Assembly (NCBI GenBank): GCA_039914625.1
Contig: JBDSOU010000158.1
Span: 1 to 50,626 of the forward strand
Length of the DNA: 50,626 nt
Direction: 5' to 3'
DNA from: Bacteroidia bacterium
GTDB taxonomy: Bacteria > Bacteroidota > Bacteroidia > AKYH767-A > OLB10
Shown: one piece after another, positions 25,080 to 34,966 of the stretch
Layout: each line of letters begins with the position of its first letter
How positions within the stretch are numbered: the first letter of the stretch is position 1
Position numbers and translations under genes: made by a program
The notes under the pieces: generated by a model
Told to the model about the DNA's origin: nothing
Databases searched by the model: none
The model's input: the letters and a program-made list of their open reading frames with translations, nothing else

Positions 25080-26480
25080 ATGAAGTACCAAAAAATTACG
25101 CCTTCAATCATCAGGGAATTAAAAAATATCATAGGAGAAAATTATGTGTTTTCTGATGTGGAAAACCTGGAACATTATTCACAGGATGAAACAGAAGACT
25201 TGTCTTTTTTACCGGAAATAGTTGTAAAACCTCGCACGGCTGAAGAAATTTCAAAAATTTTAATTCTTTGCAATACTGAAATGATTCCGGCAACTCCCCG
25301 TGGCGCAGGAACAGGGTTGAGCGGTGGTGCATTACCTGTTTATGGAGGAATTGTTATTTCAATGGAGCGGTTTAATTCCATTTTGCAGATTGATGAACGA
25401 AACCTGCAGGCTACAGTTGAACCGGGTGTAATTAACCAGATATTCCAGGATGCAGTAATAGAGAAAGGATTATTTTATCCGCCTGATCCTGCAAGCCGTG
25501 GTTCTTGTTTCCTGGGAGGCAATCTTGCTGAATGTGCAGGAGGTCCTAAAGCTGTAAAATATGGTGTAACTAAAGATTATGTGTTGAACACCGAGGTTGT
25601 TCTTCCGTCAGGGGAAATCATCATGACCGGAGCAAATGTATTAAAAAATTCCACGGGATATAATCTGACACAATTAATGATTGGCAGCGAGGGCACATTA
25701 GGGATCATTACAAAAATTATTTTCAAGCTTATTCCTTATCCGAAACAAAATTTGCTGATGCTGGTTTCGTTTCTGTCCGCTGAAAAAGCATGTGAAGCTG
25801 TTTCGGCTGTATTCAGAGAAGGAATTGTTCCATCGGCAATGGAATTTATGGAACGTGATGCCATTGATTTTGTGCTTCAGTTTGTAGATGTGAAAATGAA
25901 CATCAAAAATGAAATCCAGGCACATCTGATTGTTGAAGTGGATGGTAATGATGTGGACGTTTTGTTCAAGGAATGTGAAAAAATTTCAGAAATAATGTAC
26001 CGGCATGAATGCGATGAAGTTTTATTTGCAGATACTGCACAGCAAAAAGCCGAAATTTGGAAGATGCGCAGATCAGCAGGTGAAGCTGTAAAATCTCATT
26101 CTGTTTATAAAGAAGAAGATACCGTTGTTCCGCGTGCTGAATTAGCCATTCTCCTTGACGGTGTAAAAAAAATTGGAAAAAAATATGGCTTTCGCTCTGT
26201 ATGCTATGGTCATGCGGGTGACGGTAATCTCCATGTAAATATTATAAAAGAAAATATGAGTGATGCAGATTGGGCTGAAAAAGTTCCAACCGGCATTCGG
26301 GAAATTTTTCAATTGTGTGTCAGCTTAGGCGGAACTATTTCCGGAGAGCACGGGATAGGGTGGGTGCAAAAGAATTATATGGATATTCCGTTCAGCGAGA
26401 AGCAAATTCAATTGCAGAAAGGAATTAAAATGCTTTTTGATCCGAATATGATTTTAAACCCGGGGAAAATATTTGCATGA
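25080..26480 (+). CDS. FAD-linked oxidase (GlcD / D-lactate dehydrogenase family)
   Basis: FAD_binding_4 motifs PRGAGTGLSGGALP and GSEGTLGIITK are present. The C-terminal oxidase part has GHAGDGNLH and GGTISGEHGIG. Confidence 0.85.
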   Translation: MKYQKITPSIIRELKNIIGENYVFSDVENLEHYSQDETEDLSFLPEIVVKPRTAEEISKILILCNTEMIPATPRGAGTGLSGGALPVYGGIVISMERFNSILQIDERNLQATVEPGVINQIFQDAVIEKGLFYPPDPASRGSCFLGGNLAECAGGPKAVKYGVTKDYVLNTEVVLPSGEIIMTGANVLKNSTGYNLTQLMIGSEGTLGIITKIIFKLIPYPKQNLLMLVSFLSAEKACEAVSAVFREGIVPSAMEFMERDAIDFVLQFVDVKMNIKNEIQAHLIVEVDGNDVDVLFKECEKISEIMYRHECDEVLFADTAQQKAEIWKMRRSAGEAVKSHSVYKEEDTVVPRAELAILLDGVKKIGKKYGFRSVCYGHAGDGNLHVNIIKENMSDADWAEKVPTGIREIFQLCVSLGGTISGEHGIGWVQKNYMDIPFSEKQIQLQKGIKMLFDPNMILNPGKIFA

Positions 26481-26818
26481 CCCGGGACTTAACACTTTGG
26501 ATGAATACAAAAAGTAATTTCTCAAAGTGCATTTTACGTTAGACAGGCGTGAGCATGCGCAGTGCAGGTTTAGGATAGTACTCATTTTTCCGGCAAATTA
26601 AAATTTATTTTGGTAAATTGAAAAATTTCCTTATTATTGTCACAAATTTTAGATTGTTTCTGATGCGACTGTTAATAATGCTTTTGCGTCAAACCCCATA
26701 ATTGAGTGCTTTTGTGAGATTTTGATGAATTAGAGTTTAAAATACTTGCGTATTTATTAAGCTTGCTTAACTTGCTAAACAGAAGTTAAAGTAAAACTTT
26801 AAAATATAATGATTTTGT

Positions 26819-27073
26819 ATGAGTAAGATTCTGCCTGCTGTTATTAATTCAATAAAATTTGAAGCGAAACTTTCATGCAGTGTATCTATTACAGATGCTG
26901 ATGCAGAATACATTTTTACCAAGCACAGAGAATTAATTAAAACACTCCCCAAGCAACAGGCTTATAATATGAATTATCTGAAAAAAATAATGATGGAATA
27001 TTTAGAGTCTAAGTATCCTGACCAGTACAAACCTGCGACAAGCATTGAGGAAATAATTAAAAATCTGAAGTGA
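26819..27073 (+). CDS. hypothetical small protein (84 aa)
   Basis: ATG start, followed 35 nt downstream by a clean intrinsic terminator. I recognise no family. Confidence 0.45.
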   Translation: MSKILPAVINSIKFEAKLSCSVSITDADAEYIFTKHRELIKTLPKQQAYNMNYLKKIMMEYLESKYPDQYKPATSIEEIIKNLK

Positions 27074-27107
27074 ATAAATAATAGTCTTTTTTAATCTCTA
27101 TGACAAG

Positions 27108-27134
27108 GTCCGCTGAAAAAGGCGGACTTTTTTT
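27108..27134 (+). terminator. rho-independent terminator
   Basis: Stem GTCCGCT / GGCGGAC with loop GAAAAA, then T7. Confidence 0.7.
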
Positions 27135-27380
27135 GTTAGTGTTCCATTGAGGAAAACTTCGGATTTATCTAAATGAGAGGTTTTGTACATTTGTTTTTTG
27201 GTTGCATAAAAAATGCGAGTGGCAAATAAATTAAACCGGAGTGAACCGTAAGACTCATTTATATCTCAGGAGAATATTCTATTTTTTCAAATTATTTGAT
27301 TCAACATTCTTCCGGCAACCAACAGTCAGAACATGGAATGTTAATGAAATTCAGACCCTTACTTTATTTTATGAAAAACA

Positions 27381-28178
27381 ATGTTTGATAACTGGAATGA
27401 TCCTGTCTTCAAAGAAAGGATAGACATTGTTTTTTCACAACGTGATAAAAACTATGGTGCTTATGCAATCAGAATACACTATAGAAAACGCCTGTTGTTT
27501 TCTTTTATTTTTACCGTAATATTCATCCTGATAATCTGCCTGAGTTACTTCATCACAGAACTATATACTAAAAAGGAAATATTGTCAAAACTGAAATTGT
27601 CAGAAATAATAATTCTTTCCACTCCTCCTCCGATTGATAAAACAGATCCGCCTCCCCTCCCTTTGGTGCCACCGCGTTTAGTCATTGAGCAAGCCATCAA
27701 GTTTGTTCCTCCGGTTGTTATAGATAATCCGATTAAAGAAGAGCAACCTCCTGTTCAGGAAAACATAATGGAAACGCAGACAGGTGTTCTGTTAGAGGAA
27801 AATACTAAAGAAAACACTCCGCCTCCTGAAAATCCTGTTATGCCCGAAGGAGATGCAGACAAAGTTTTCACTTTTGTTGAGGAAATGCCGTCCTTTCCGG
27901 GAGGTGATCAGAAAATGACAGAGTTTATTAAAAAAAATATAAACTATCCTGCAGTTGCATTGAATATTGAAATAGAAGGCAAAGTTTATATGAAATTTAT
28001 GGTTGACAAAGACGGAAAAGTTCGCAATCCGGAATTAGTAAAAGGAATCGGTTATGGATGTGACGAAGAAGCAATGCGTGTAATCAATGAAATGCCTAAT
28101 TGGATCCCGGGCAAACAAAACGGAGTAAATGTCAAAGTGGGAGGAATGACAATTTTTATTACATTCAAACTGAAATGA
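27381..28178 (+). CDS. energy transducer TonB family protein (second paralogue)
   Basis: The N-terminus QRDKNYGAYAIRIHY is followed by a TM, then a Pro-rich spacer (STPPPIDKTDPPPLPLVPP). The C-terminal TonB domain has PSFPGGDQKMTEFIKKNINYP...GKVYMKFMVDKDGKV...PNWIPGKQNG. Confidence 0.85.
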   Translation: MFDNWNDPVFKERIDIVFSQRDKNYGAYAIRIHYRKRLLFSFIFTVIFILIICLSYFITELYTKKEILSKLKLSEIIILSTPPPIDKTDPPPLPLVPPRLVIEQAIKFVPPVVIDNPIKEEQPPVQENIMETQTGVLLEENTKENTPPPENPVMPEGDADKVFTFVEEMPSFPGGDQKMTEFIKKNINYPAVALNIEIEGKVYMKFMVDKDGKVRNPELVKGIGYGCDEEAMRVINEMPNWIPGKQNGVNVKVGGMTIFITFKLK

Positions 28179-28182
28179 AAAT

Positions 28183-28572
28183 TTATTTTGTGTACTTGAG
28201 ATTAATCTCCTCATCCGTTGGAAAAATAATTTCTTTGTCACCTGCTTTTCGCGCCCAGAAAATATATTTACCAGTGCCAACACACGCATAAGCAGAAACG
28301 CTGTCTTTAGGAGCAAGGTTTGTCCGCATAAATGTTCGCCATTTTTTTGTAGTTTCCTGAACACCGATTTTAACATCTAAATTCTCATCGCATACATTTG
28401 TCAGATACACACGATAAGTGTTTGCGGCACTAAAACACTGCTGACAATTATCAGCCCATTTGGAACTTGTTTTTTTTAAACAGTTCGAATATTTATCTCC
28501 ATTTTCAGCATCCTGCGAATAGAGTAGGGTAGAGGTAAGCAGAATAATTTGAATTACAATTAAGTTTTTCAT
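28183..28572 (-). CDS. small secreted Cys-rich protein, function unknown
   Basis: Signal peptide MKNLIVIQIILLTSTLLYSQ and six Cys in the mature part. Confidence 0.5.
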   Translation of the reverse strand: MKNLIVIQIILLTSTLLYSQDAENGDKYSNCLKKTSSKWADNCQQCFSAANTYRVYLTNVCDENLDVKIGVQETTKKWRTFMRTNLAPKDSVSAYACVGTGKYIFWARKAGDKEIIFPTDEEINLKYTK

Positions 28573-28629
28573 TTGGTTGAATTGTAAATATACGGCTTTT
28601 AATAATCAGTATTCAGTTCGGAGTCGTAC

Positions 28630-28656
28630 AACTTTAAACTTTAAACCTTAAACTTG
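28630..28656. repeat. (AAACTTT)-type heptamer tract
   Basis: caactttaaactttaaaccttaaactt lies immediately after the stop of ORF 28658..29164 and upstream of the start of ORF 28183..28572. This is the same placement as the tract at 1498-1532. Confidence 0.8.
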
Positions 28657-28657
28657 T

Positions 28658-29164
28658 TCATTTACATTGGTTATTTTTCAAAATAATTTTCGCTTCAGAA
28701 TTTCCAAGCTGTTTTGATTTATTCCAATCTTCGCAGGCACCCTCTTTATCACCCAAACCTTTTTTTGAAAACCCGCGGTTATTATACGCTTCCTGATCTG
28801 ACGGATCCAACTCAATGGCATTGTTAAAATCCGCAATGGCACTTTGAAAGGCGCCCGTTTTGTTTTTTGCGCTGCCTCTCGATATATATGCAAATTTATG
28901 TTTTGGATCAATTTGTATAGCTTTGGAATAATCTTCGATTTGTCCATTAAAATCTTTTATCATGCCTTTGCAAAAACCTCTTTGAAGATACGCATTGATG
29001 TAGGATGAATCCAGCGCAATTGCTTTTGTATAATTGTCAATGGCTTCTTTATAATGTAAGTGCTTGTATTCATTTTGTCCCTGGTTGTACAATTGCTTAG
29101 CATCCTGGGCATAACATATATTGCAAATTGTCAATAATAGAAATACAAAATAATTTTTAGTCAT
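28658..29164 (-). CDS. secreted TPR-repeat protein
   Basis: It has a signal peptide. Four consecutive TPR units are present (YKEAIDNYTKAIALDSSY, AYLQRGFCKGMIKDFNGQIEDYSKAIQIDPKH, AYISRGSAKNKTGAFQSAIADFNNAIELDPSD, AYNNRGFSK...). Confidence 0.7.
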   Translation of the reverse strand: MTKNYFVFLLLTICNICYAQDAKQLYNQGQNEYKHLHYKEAIDNYTKAIALDSSYINAYLQRGFCKGMIKDFNGQIEDYSKAIQIDPKHKFAYISRGSAKNKTGAFQSAIADFNNAIELDPSDQEAYNNRGFSKKGLGDKEGACEDWNKSKQLGNSEAKIILKNNQCK

Positions 29165-29196
29165 AGTAAAAATAATTTTTGATGGTGCATTTAATT

Positions 29197-29685
29197 TTAT
29201 TCGAACGGTTCGCTGCTTGCGTATTTTGAATCCATAACAAGTTTTATCAAATGCGTAAAAGCTTTTTTCATCGCGTTTACTCCTTTTTCATCCAGGTTAA
29301 CTTCCCAACTTATACGGGCGTAAGGTTTATAGGATTCACTATGTCCTGATTTAAATAACTCTCGGGTAACATTTTTTTTGGATGGAGCTCCTTTATTATT
29401 AATAGAAAATACATGGTATTCTGAATCGTACTTAATGGTATTCAAGTCAAGACTGCTAATACTGACTTGGTCTTCTCTGAAAATTTCTTCATTATCTTTA
29501 TACAAAGCAATCAGCACACCTTTAGAAACATCTATTGAACAGCGTCCGCCTAATTTTCCGTTGATGTAATCCAGTGTTTGCTTCATGGTAATGTCCTGAG
29601 AAAAACAACGTGATGAGAAAAAGAGAAACAGGAAACAAAAGCCGGTTTTGAACGTAACATATTTATTAACCGAAGTATTTTTCAT
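29197..29685 (-). CDS. secreted hypothetical protein (162 aa)
   Basis: The N-terminal hydrophobic signal is FCFLFLFFSSRCFSQ. I recognise no family. Confidence 0.5.
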   Translation of the reverse strand: MKNTSVNKYVTFKTGFCFLFLFFSSRCFSQDITMKQTLDYINGKLGGRCSIDVSKGVLIALYKDNEEIFREDQVSISSLDLNTIKYDSEYHVFSINNKGAPSKKNVTRELFKSGHSESYKPYARISWEVNLDEKGVNAMKKAFTHLIKLVMDSKYASSEPFE

Positions 29686-29770
29686 GATTCAAAAATAAAA
29701 ATCTTATCTTAATTAAGAGGAATGTAAATTAAATATCTTTGTGTGTAAAAGAAGTGAAGAAAAGAAATTA

Positions 29771-30982
29771 ATGCGATCAAAATTTTCACGGATAAAAATA
29801 TCAAGAGGTTTCACCTTGGTTTTCATGCTACTATGCAGTTTCAAATCTTTTGCCCAACAGCGTAACGTAAATGTTCTGATAAATTTTAAAATCGAAGAAG
29901 GCAATTTCGATAAATCTTATGTGGTGATGGAAAACACCTCAACCGGTGAAAAGCAGACTATTCCCGGTCAATCGAAATATTCCTTAACCCTGAAATTTAA
30001 TAGTGATTACATTCTCTCCTTTAACAAGCCCGGGTTTATCACAAAAAAAATTGAACTTAATACTTCAGCTCCTGCCGACAGAATTGAACAGGGATTTTAT
30101 CCGATTGAAATGAACGTAATTCTGATTAAACAATACGATGGTGTAAACATCGTGGTATTTAATCAACCGGTAGGGAAATATAAATATATTCCAGGCAGGG
30201 ATGGGTTTGATTATGATACGGATTACACCAAGCAAATTCAATCCGCTTTAAAAGAGGCCGAAGATGAACTTGCCGCAAAGCAAAAAGAAGAAAAAGAGAA
30301 TGCTCCGGCTATTGCAAAAGCTGCTGAAAAAGCAAAAATGGATTCCATAGCAAACTCAAAAGCTGAGGCAAAAGCAAAGTTGGAAGAAGAACAGCAACAG
30401 AAAACAGAGACCAAAGCAAAACTTGAAGCAGAAGCAAAAGCGAAAAATGATTCCATAGCACAGGCAAAAAAAGACTCATTTGCTAAGACAGAGGAGGAAA
30501 AACGCCAGCAAGCCAAAGCAAAAATGGAAGACGATGAACGGAAAAAAGCTGCTGCAAAATCTGAAGAAGAAGAAAAAGTTAAAACCACAAAAGCCAACGC
30601 TGACGAAGAAGCGAGAAAAAAAACGATTGCAAAACAGGAAGAAAATGAAAGAAAGAAATTGACTGCAAGTGCAAGTATGGGAAGTGATTTAAAAAAATCT
30701 GCCATTGCTATTGAAGGGAACGATCAGAAATTGAAGCAACTTGCACTTCCGAATAGCGGGAGTTCCGTTCATGAACCGGAGAAATCAGAATCGCTGCCTC
30801 CGAATGTGAATGTAGAAGATATTATTGAAAACAACAGGACAATTAAAAAAGCCATAGTAAGCACAGGCACTAAGGAAACTGTTTATCTGAAAATTATTTA
30901 TAAGTGGGGTGGAGTTTTTTATTTCAAAAATGACCAAAGCATTAGTCAAACTGCTTTTCAACTGGCAACGAACTTGAAGTAG
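29771..30982 (+). CDS. envelope protein with N-terminal beta-rich domain and long Lys/Glu/Ala-rich low-complexity region
   Basis: Signal peptide MRSKFSRIKISRGFTLVFMLLCSFKSFAQQ from the ATG at 29771 (the listed GTG is at 29741). About 150 aa are KAEAKAKLEEE-type charged repeats, a TolA-like composition. Confidence 0.6.
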   Translation: MRSKFSRIKISRGFTLVFMLLCSFKSFAQQRNVNVLINFKIEEGNFDKSYVVMENTSTGEKQTIPGQSKYSLTLKFNSDYILSFNKPGFITKKIELNTSAPADRIEQGFYPIEMNVILIKQYDGVNIVVFNQPVGKYKYIPGRDGFDYDTDYTKQIQSALKEAEDELAAKQKEEKENAPAIAKAAEKAKMDSIANSKAEAKAKLEEEQQQKTETKAKLEAEAKAKNDSIAQAKKDSFAKTEEEKRQQAKAKMEDDERKKAAAKSEEEEKVKTTKANADEEARKKTIAKQEENERKKLTASASMGSDLKKSAIAIEGNDQKLKQLALPNSGSSVHEPEKSESLPPNVNVEDIIENNRTIKKAIVSTGTKETVYLKIIYKWGGVFYFKNDQSISQTAFQLATNLK

Positions 30983-31041
30983 TCATCAGGGAATGCGAAT
31001 CTGATTTTCCACATTATTTATATTTTAGCAAGTTAAATTCA

Positions 31042-31509
31042 TCAAGTAGTTTTTTTCAAAAACTTTTTTACAATTTTATCGCTTGCTTTATCAATCAAAT
31101 GAAAAACTTCTTCAAAATCTTTTCTTGTTCCGTAATAAGGATCGGGAACTTCAAAAGACACATTCCATTCTGCAAAATCTAAAAAGAGATAAACTTTTGA
31201 TTTGTGTTCTGGAGATGCAGCAAGAGAAATGAGTTCATTGTAAACAGAAGTTTCCATTGCAAAAATCAAATCAAAATTTTCGAAATCTTTTTTTCCGAAT
31301 TGTCTTGCAATCTGTTTGCTGATATCAATCCCATTTTGTTTTCCAACTTCAACAGACCGGTAATCCGGGTTTTCACCTGCATGATAATTGATCATTCCTG
31401 CAGAGTCAACAAAATAATTTAGACCTGATTTTTGCAACTTGTCTTTTAAAATTCCCTCGGCAAGAGGGGAGCGACAAATGTTGCCGATGCAGACCATGAG
31501 AAGATTCAT
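31042..31509 (-). CDS. low-molecular-weight protein-tyrosine phosphatase
   Basis: The CX5R(S) P-loop VCIGNICRSPLAEG sits at the N-terminus and the Asp loop is VPDPYYG. Confidence 0.9.
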   Translation of the reverse strand: MNLLMVCIGNICRSPLAEGILKDKLQKSGLNYFVDSAGMINYHAGENPDYRSVEVGKQNGIDISKQIARQFGKKDFENFDLIFAMETSVYNELISLAASPEHKSKVYLFLDFAEWNVSFEVPDPYYGTRKDFEEVFHLIDKASDKIVKKFLKKTT

Positions 31510-31573
31510 TGGAGTTTAAAATTTAAAGTTGAGCAGATACTTCCATCTAATAAAAAATAAAAAGTCTTTAAAT

Positions 31574-31606
31574 AAAAAAACCATACTTGATTGAAGTATG
31601 GTTTTT
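31574..31606. terminator. bidirectional intrinsic terminator downstream of dnaA
   Basis: A7-CCATACTT-gattg-AAGTATGG-T5. It is a hairpin with an A-tract on one side and a T-tract on the other. Confidence 0.7.
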
Positions 31607-31623
31607 GCAATGTATTGTTTCTT

Positions 31624-33060
31624 TTATCCTTCACGGGAAACATTAATTCGTTTCTGAATATCAGTAACATAAGTTTTAAATTTTTTATCGGTTTCCATTA
31701 AATTGTTTACTGTTCGGCAGGCATGAAGAACAGTTGCGTGATCTTTGCCACCACAATGGATTCCTATATTTGAGAGCGAAGATTTTGTTAAGCTTTTAGA
31801 AAAATACATTGCGAGTTGCCGCGCCTGCACCACTTCACGCTTTCTCGTGTTTGATTTTAAAAGATCAAGCGGGAGTTCAAAATAATCGCACACAACCTTT
31901 TGAATATAGTCAATAGATATTTCATGAACAGTATTTTTAACAAATTTGTCAATCATCTGTTTCGATAATTCCAGGGTGATTGGTTTTTTGTTCATTGAAG
32001 CTTGGGCGATAATGGAAATAAGGGCTCCTTCGAGTTCACGAATATTTGAAGTGATGCTGTATGCTATATAATCTACAATCTCATTCGGAAGCTCAATACC
32101 GTCAATGTACATTTTTCTTTTCAGGATTGCAATGCGTGTTTCCAAGTCGGCTGTTTGCAAGTCAGCGGAAAGCCCCCACTTGAATCGGGATAACAACCGA
32201 TGTTCCATTCCCTGTAAATCAACCGGAGCTTTATCGCATGTAAGAATAAGTTGTTTCCCATTCTGATGAAGATGATTAAATATATGAAAAAATACATCCT
32301 GTGTTTTTTCTTTTCCTGTGAAAAACTGAATATCATCAATAATAAGCACATCAATCATCTGGTAAAAATGAACAAAATCATTTGTTGAATTATTTTTCAC
32401 AGCATCAACAAACTGGTGCATGAACCTGTCAGAAGGAACATACAAAACAGTCTTATTCGGAAAACGATCTTTCGTTTCAATTCCAATCGAATGAACAAGA
32501 TGCGTTTTTCCGAGACCGACTCCGCCATAAACTAACAAAGGATTAAACGAAGTACCTCCCGGTTTTTGTGCAACTGCATAACCAGCAGAACGTGCAAGGC
32601 GATTACAATCTCCTTCCACAAAATTTTCAAATGAATAATTAGGATTGAGCTGCGAGTCAATATCAATTTTTTTCAGCCCGGGTATTATGAATGGATTTTT
32701 TATTGTTGAATTCAAATTCAACGGGGCCATTAAAGAAGGATTTTTTAAAGAATTGGAATTCTTTCCTGGAAATTTTACAGTGTAAGGCTTATTGTTGCCG
32801 GAATTGTTTTCCATAACAATGCTGTATTCCAATTTTCCTTCTCGTCCGATTTCGTGCTTGATAATTTTTCTTAAAAGAGTAATGTAATGCTCTTCGAGAT
32901 ATTCATAAACAAATTGGCTGGGAACTTCAATCGTTAAAACATTACCTTCTAACTTAATTGATTTTATCGGAGCGAACCATGTTTTAAAATTCTGTTCGGT
33001 TACATTATCTTTTATTATATTCAGGCAATTCTCCCAAACTTTTACATGTGATTTCTGCAT
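31624..33060 (-). CDS. dnaA: chromosomal replication initiator protein DnaA
   Basis: Walker A is GGVGLGKTHL and Walker B is VLIIDDIQF. Sensor motifs and the C-terminal DNA-binding signature (RQLAMYFSKSLT..SLSNIG..CGGKDHATVLHACR) are present. Confidence 0.95.
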   Translation of the reverse strand: MQKSHVKVWENCLNIIKDNVTEQNFKTWFAPIKSIKLEGNVLTIEVPSQFVYEYLEEHYITLLRKIIKHEIGREGKLEYSIVMENNSGNNKPYTVKFPGKNSNSLKNPSLMAPLNLNSTIKNPFIIPGLKKIDIDSQLNPNYSFENFVEGDCNRLARSAGYAVAQKPGGTSFNPLLVYGGVGLGKTHLVHSIGIETKDRFPNKTVLYVPSDRFMHQFVDAVKNNSTNDFVHFYQMIDVLIIDDIQFFTGKEKTQDVFFHIFNHLHQNGKQLILTCDKAPVDLQGMEHRLLSRFKWGLSADLQTADLETRIAILKRKMYIDGIELPNEIVDYIAYSITSNIRELEGALISIIAQASMNKKPITLELSKQMIDKFVKNTVHEISIDYIQKVVCDYFELPLDLLKSNTRKREVVQARQLAMYFSKSLTKSSLSNIGIHCGGKDHATVLHACRTVNNLMETDKKFKTYVTDIQKRINVSREG

Positions 33061-33176
33061 ACTTAAAAGTGGTGAATTAGTAGGTTTAGGTTATGATTTA
33101 CTGATGTTTTTTTCAACGGTACAATTGTACGAAATAAATATGTGCAAATTTTATATAAAAAAAAATAAAATAAAAA

Positions 33177-34136
33177 TTAAATTTCACTTGTCTTTTTGGA
33201 AACTTTTAACGTGGTCGCAGTCGTAATACTTTTTTTTGACTTTGATTCAAAATAATAATCTATTCTTCCAAGTTTAATTCCAGCCCAGCCAACCTGGGCA
33301 ACTAAAACTTCCTTCCCGTCACGATTAATGTACTTGTATGGATCATCAATAAAGGTATGCGTGTGCCCTCCTAAAATCAAATCAATGTTCATGGATTGCT
33401 TGGCAAGAACAATATCAGATACCTTTTCATCAGGATACTTAAAACCAAGATGTGATAAGCAAATCACCAGGTCGCATTTTTTTTCTTTTTTTAGATGATG
33501 GGCAGTTACGGCCGCTTTTTCCAATGGATTAAGATAAATTGTTTTTCCGGTTAATTTTGGATCCACCAATCCTTTTAATTCAATTCCCAAACCGAATATT
33601 CCGATTGTAATTCCGTCTTTAATAAATATTTTATAAGGATCAATTTTATCTTTCAGGATGGTTGAAGAAAAATTATAATTGCAATTCAGCAGGGGAAAAG
33701 TCGCGTTCGGTAGCTGTTTTGCTAATCCTTCAATGCCATTGTCAAAATCGTGATTGCCGATGGTGGATGCATCATACTTCATCATGCTCATGAGTTTAAG
33801 TTCCAATTCTCCTCCGTACAAATTAAAATAAGGAGTGCCCTGGAAAATATCTCCCACATCAAGCAGCAATACATTTTTTTCTTCACTCCTTATTTTTTTT
33901 ATAATTGCTGCCCGCTGGGCAACACCGCCCATACCGGCAAATTTCGGATCATTATCAGGAAACGGTTCAATGTGACTGTGAACGTCATTAGTATGAAGGA
34001 TGGTGATTTTTACTAAATCTTTTTTTGCGAATGTATTAAGAGGAATTCCTCCGAGCGTTGCAAGCGCAGCACCGGCAGAAATTTTTTTCAGGAAATGGCG
34101 CCTGTTATTTATTTTATTCATTGCTGATTCTTCCAT
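33177..34136 (-). CDS. metallophosphatase half of a split 5'-nucleotidase (Tat signal)
   Basis: The twin-arginine leader is NNRRHFLKKISAGAALATLG. Metallophosphoesterase motifs are HTNDVHSH, DVGDIFQG, GNHDFD and GGHTH. An alternative ATG at 34121 is equally plausible. Confidence 0.85.
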   Translation of the reverse strand: MEESAMNKINNRRHFLKKISAGAALATLGGIPLNTFAKKDLVKITILHTNDVHSHIEPFPDNDPKFAGMGGVAQRAAIIKKIRSEEKNVLLLDVGDIFQGTPYFNLYGGELELKLMSMMKYDASTIGNHDFDNGIEGLAKQLPNATFPLLNCNYNFSSTILKDKIDPYKIFIKDGITIGIFGLGIELKGLVDPKLTGKTIYLNPLEKAAVTAHHLKKEKKCDLVICLSHLGFKYPDEKVSDIVLAKQSMNIDLILGGHTHTFIDDPYKYINRDGKEVLVAQVGWAGIKLGRIDYYFESKSKKSITTATTLKVSKKTSEI

Positions 34137-34872
34137 CTAATTTCGGATCAATCATCTTTCCATCTTTTGTCAACTGTTGAATGTATTCAATCATAGCATC
34201 TCTTATTTTAAGATTTACATATTCACGTTGATTATTCTCAGCAAGAAAAGAAAGATTATCCCCTCCATTGGCAAGATAATCTGAAGTTACTGCTTTGTAA
34301 ATTTTAGTGGTATCAAAAGGAGCATTGTTAATCATTATATCTGAAGCTTCTTTATTTTTTATTTTCATTCTCAAACCTGCAACAGGAATTCCGCCTTTGC
34401 TTACTATATAATAAAGGAGTTGTTTTATATCAGAGCCATTCAAAGTAAGCACGATCAGTTCATTTTCAAAAGGCATTACTTCAAAAACATTTCTTTTCGT
34501 AATGTCACCTTCAGGGAATGCTGCCCTTAACCCGCCATTGTTGAAAAAGCAGAAATCAATGTTTTTATTGTCAGCCGGGTAAAAATGTTTTTTAGATTCT
34601 TCAAGAGAAAGATCAGCGACAAAGTTTCCGAGCAATCCTTCAGGCTGATCTTTTGAAATTACTTTCGAAGTTTTGCCAAGCAGGATATTTACTTCAGCAT
34701 CTAATTTTGTTTTGTAAGGAAGAATGCTTTGCCAGAGAGTAGAATCAAAAGAAGCATAATCTTTGGAGCTAAACGCGTATTGTTTTTTTTCAACATGATC
34801 TAGTCTGGCGGGAGCGGAACACGCATAGTAGAACAATATAAAAATATATATATAATTAATAAATTTATTCAT
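34114..34872 (-). CDS. 5'-nucleotidase C-terminal (substrate-binding) domain lipoprotein
   Basis: The lipobox-like signal is FILFYYACS. Motifs GNFVADL, NNGGLRA, FENELIV and TSDYLANGGD are typical of the 5'-nucleotidase C-terminal domain. It overlaps the downstream metallophosphatase gene. Confidence 0.8.
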   Translation of the reverse strand: MNKFINYIYIFILFYYACSAPARLDHVEKKQYAFSSKDYASFDSTLWQSILPYKTKLDAEVNILLGKTSKVISKDQPEGLLGNFVADLSLEESKKHFYPADNKNIDFCFFNNGGLRAAFPEGDITKRNVFEVMPFENELIVLTLNGSDIKQLLYYIVSKGGIPVAGLRMKIKNKEASDIMINNAPFDTTKIYKAVTSDYLANGGDNLSFLAENNQREYVNLKIRDAMIEYIQQLTKDGKMIDPKLDGRISNE

Positions 34873-34966
34873 GTTGTTTAGCCTGCGAAAAGCCGTTTGA
34901 AAAATGTTGCTACAATGTTAATAAGAATTCTCTTTACATTTGTTCAGATCACAAAAAAAATATTTT

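Noticed and set aside
30238-30705. Minus-strand 155-aa ORF rich in Ala/Ser/Phe
   Set aside because: It is the antisense reading of the KAE-rich low-complexity repeat of CDS 29771..30982. Purine-rich GAA/GCA/AAA repeats give stop-free antisense frames by composition. The same reasoning applies to the other short antisense ORFs inside the A2M, cyclase, T9SS and dnaA genes (for example 48825..49226, 50043..50348, 10723..11004 and 13793..14074).
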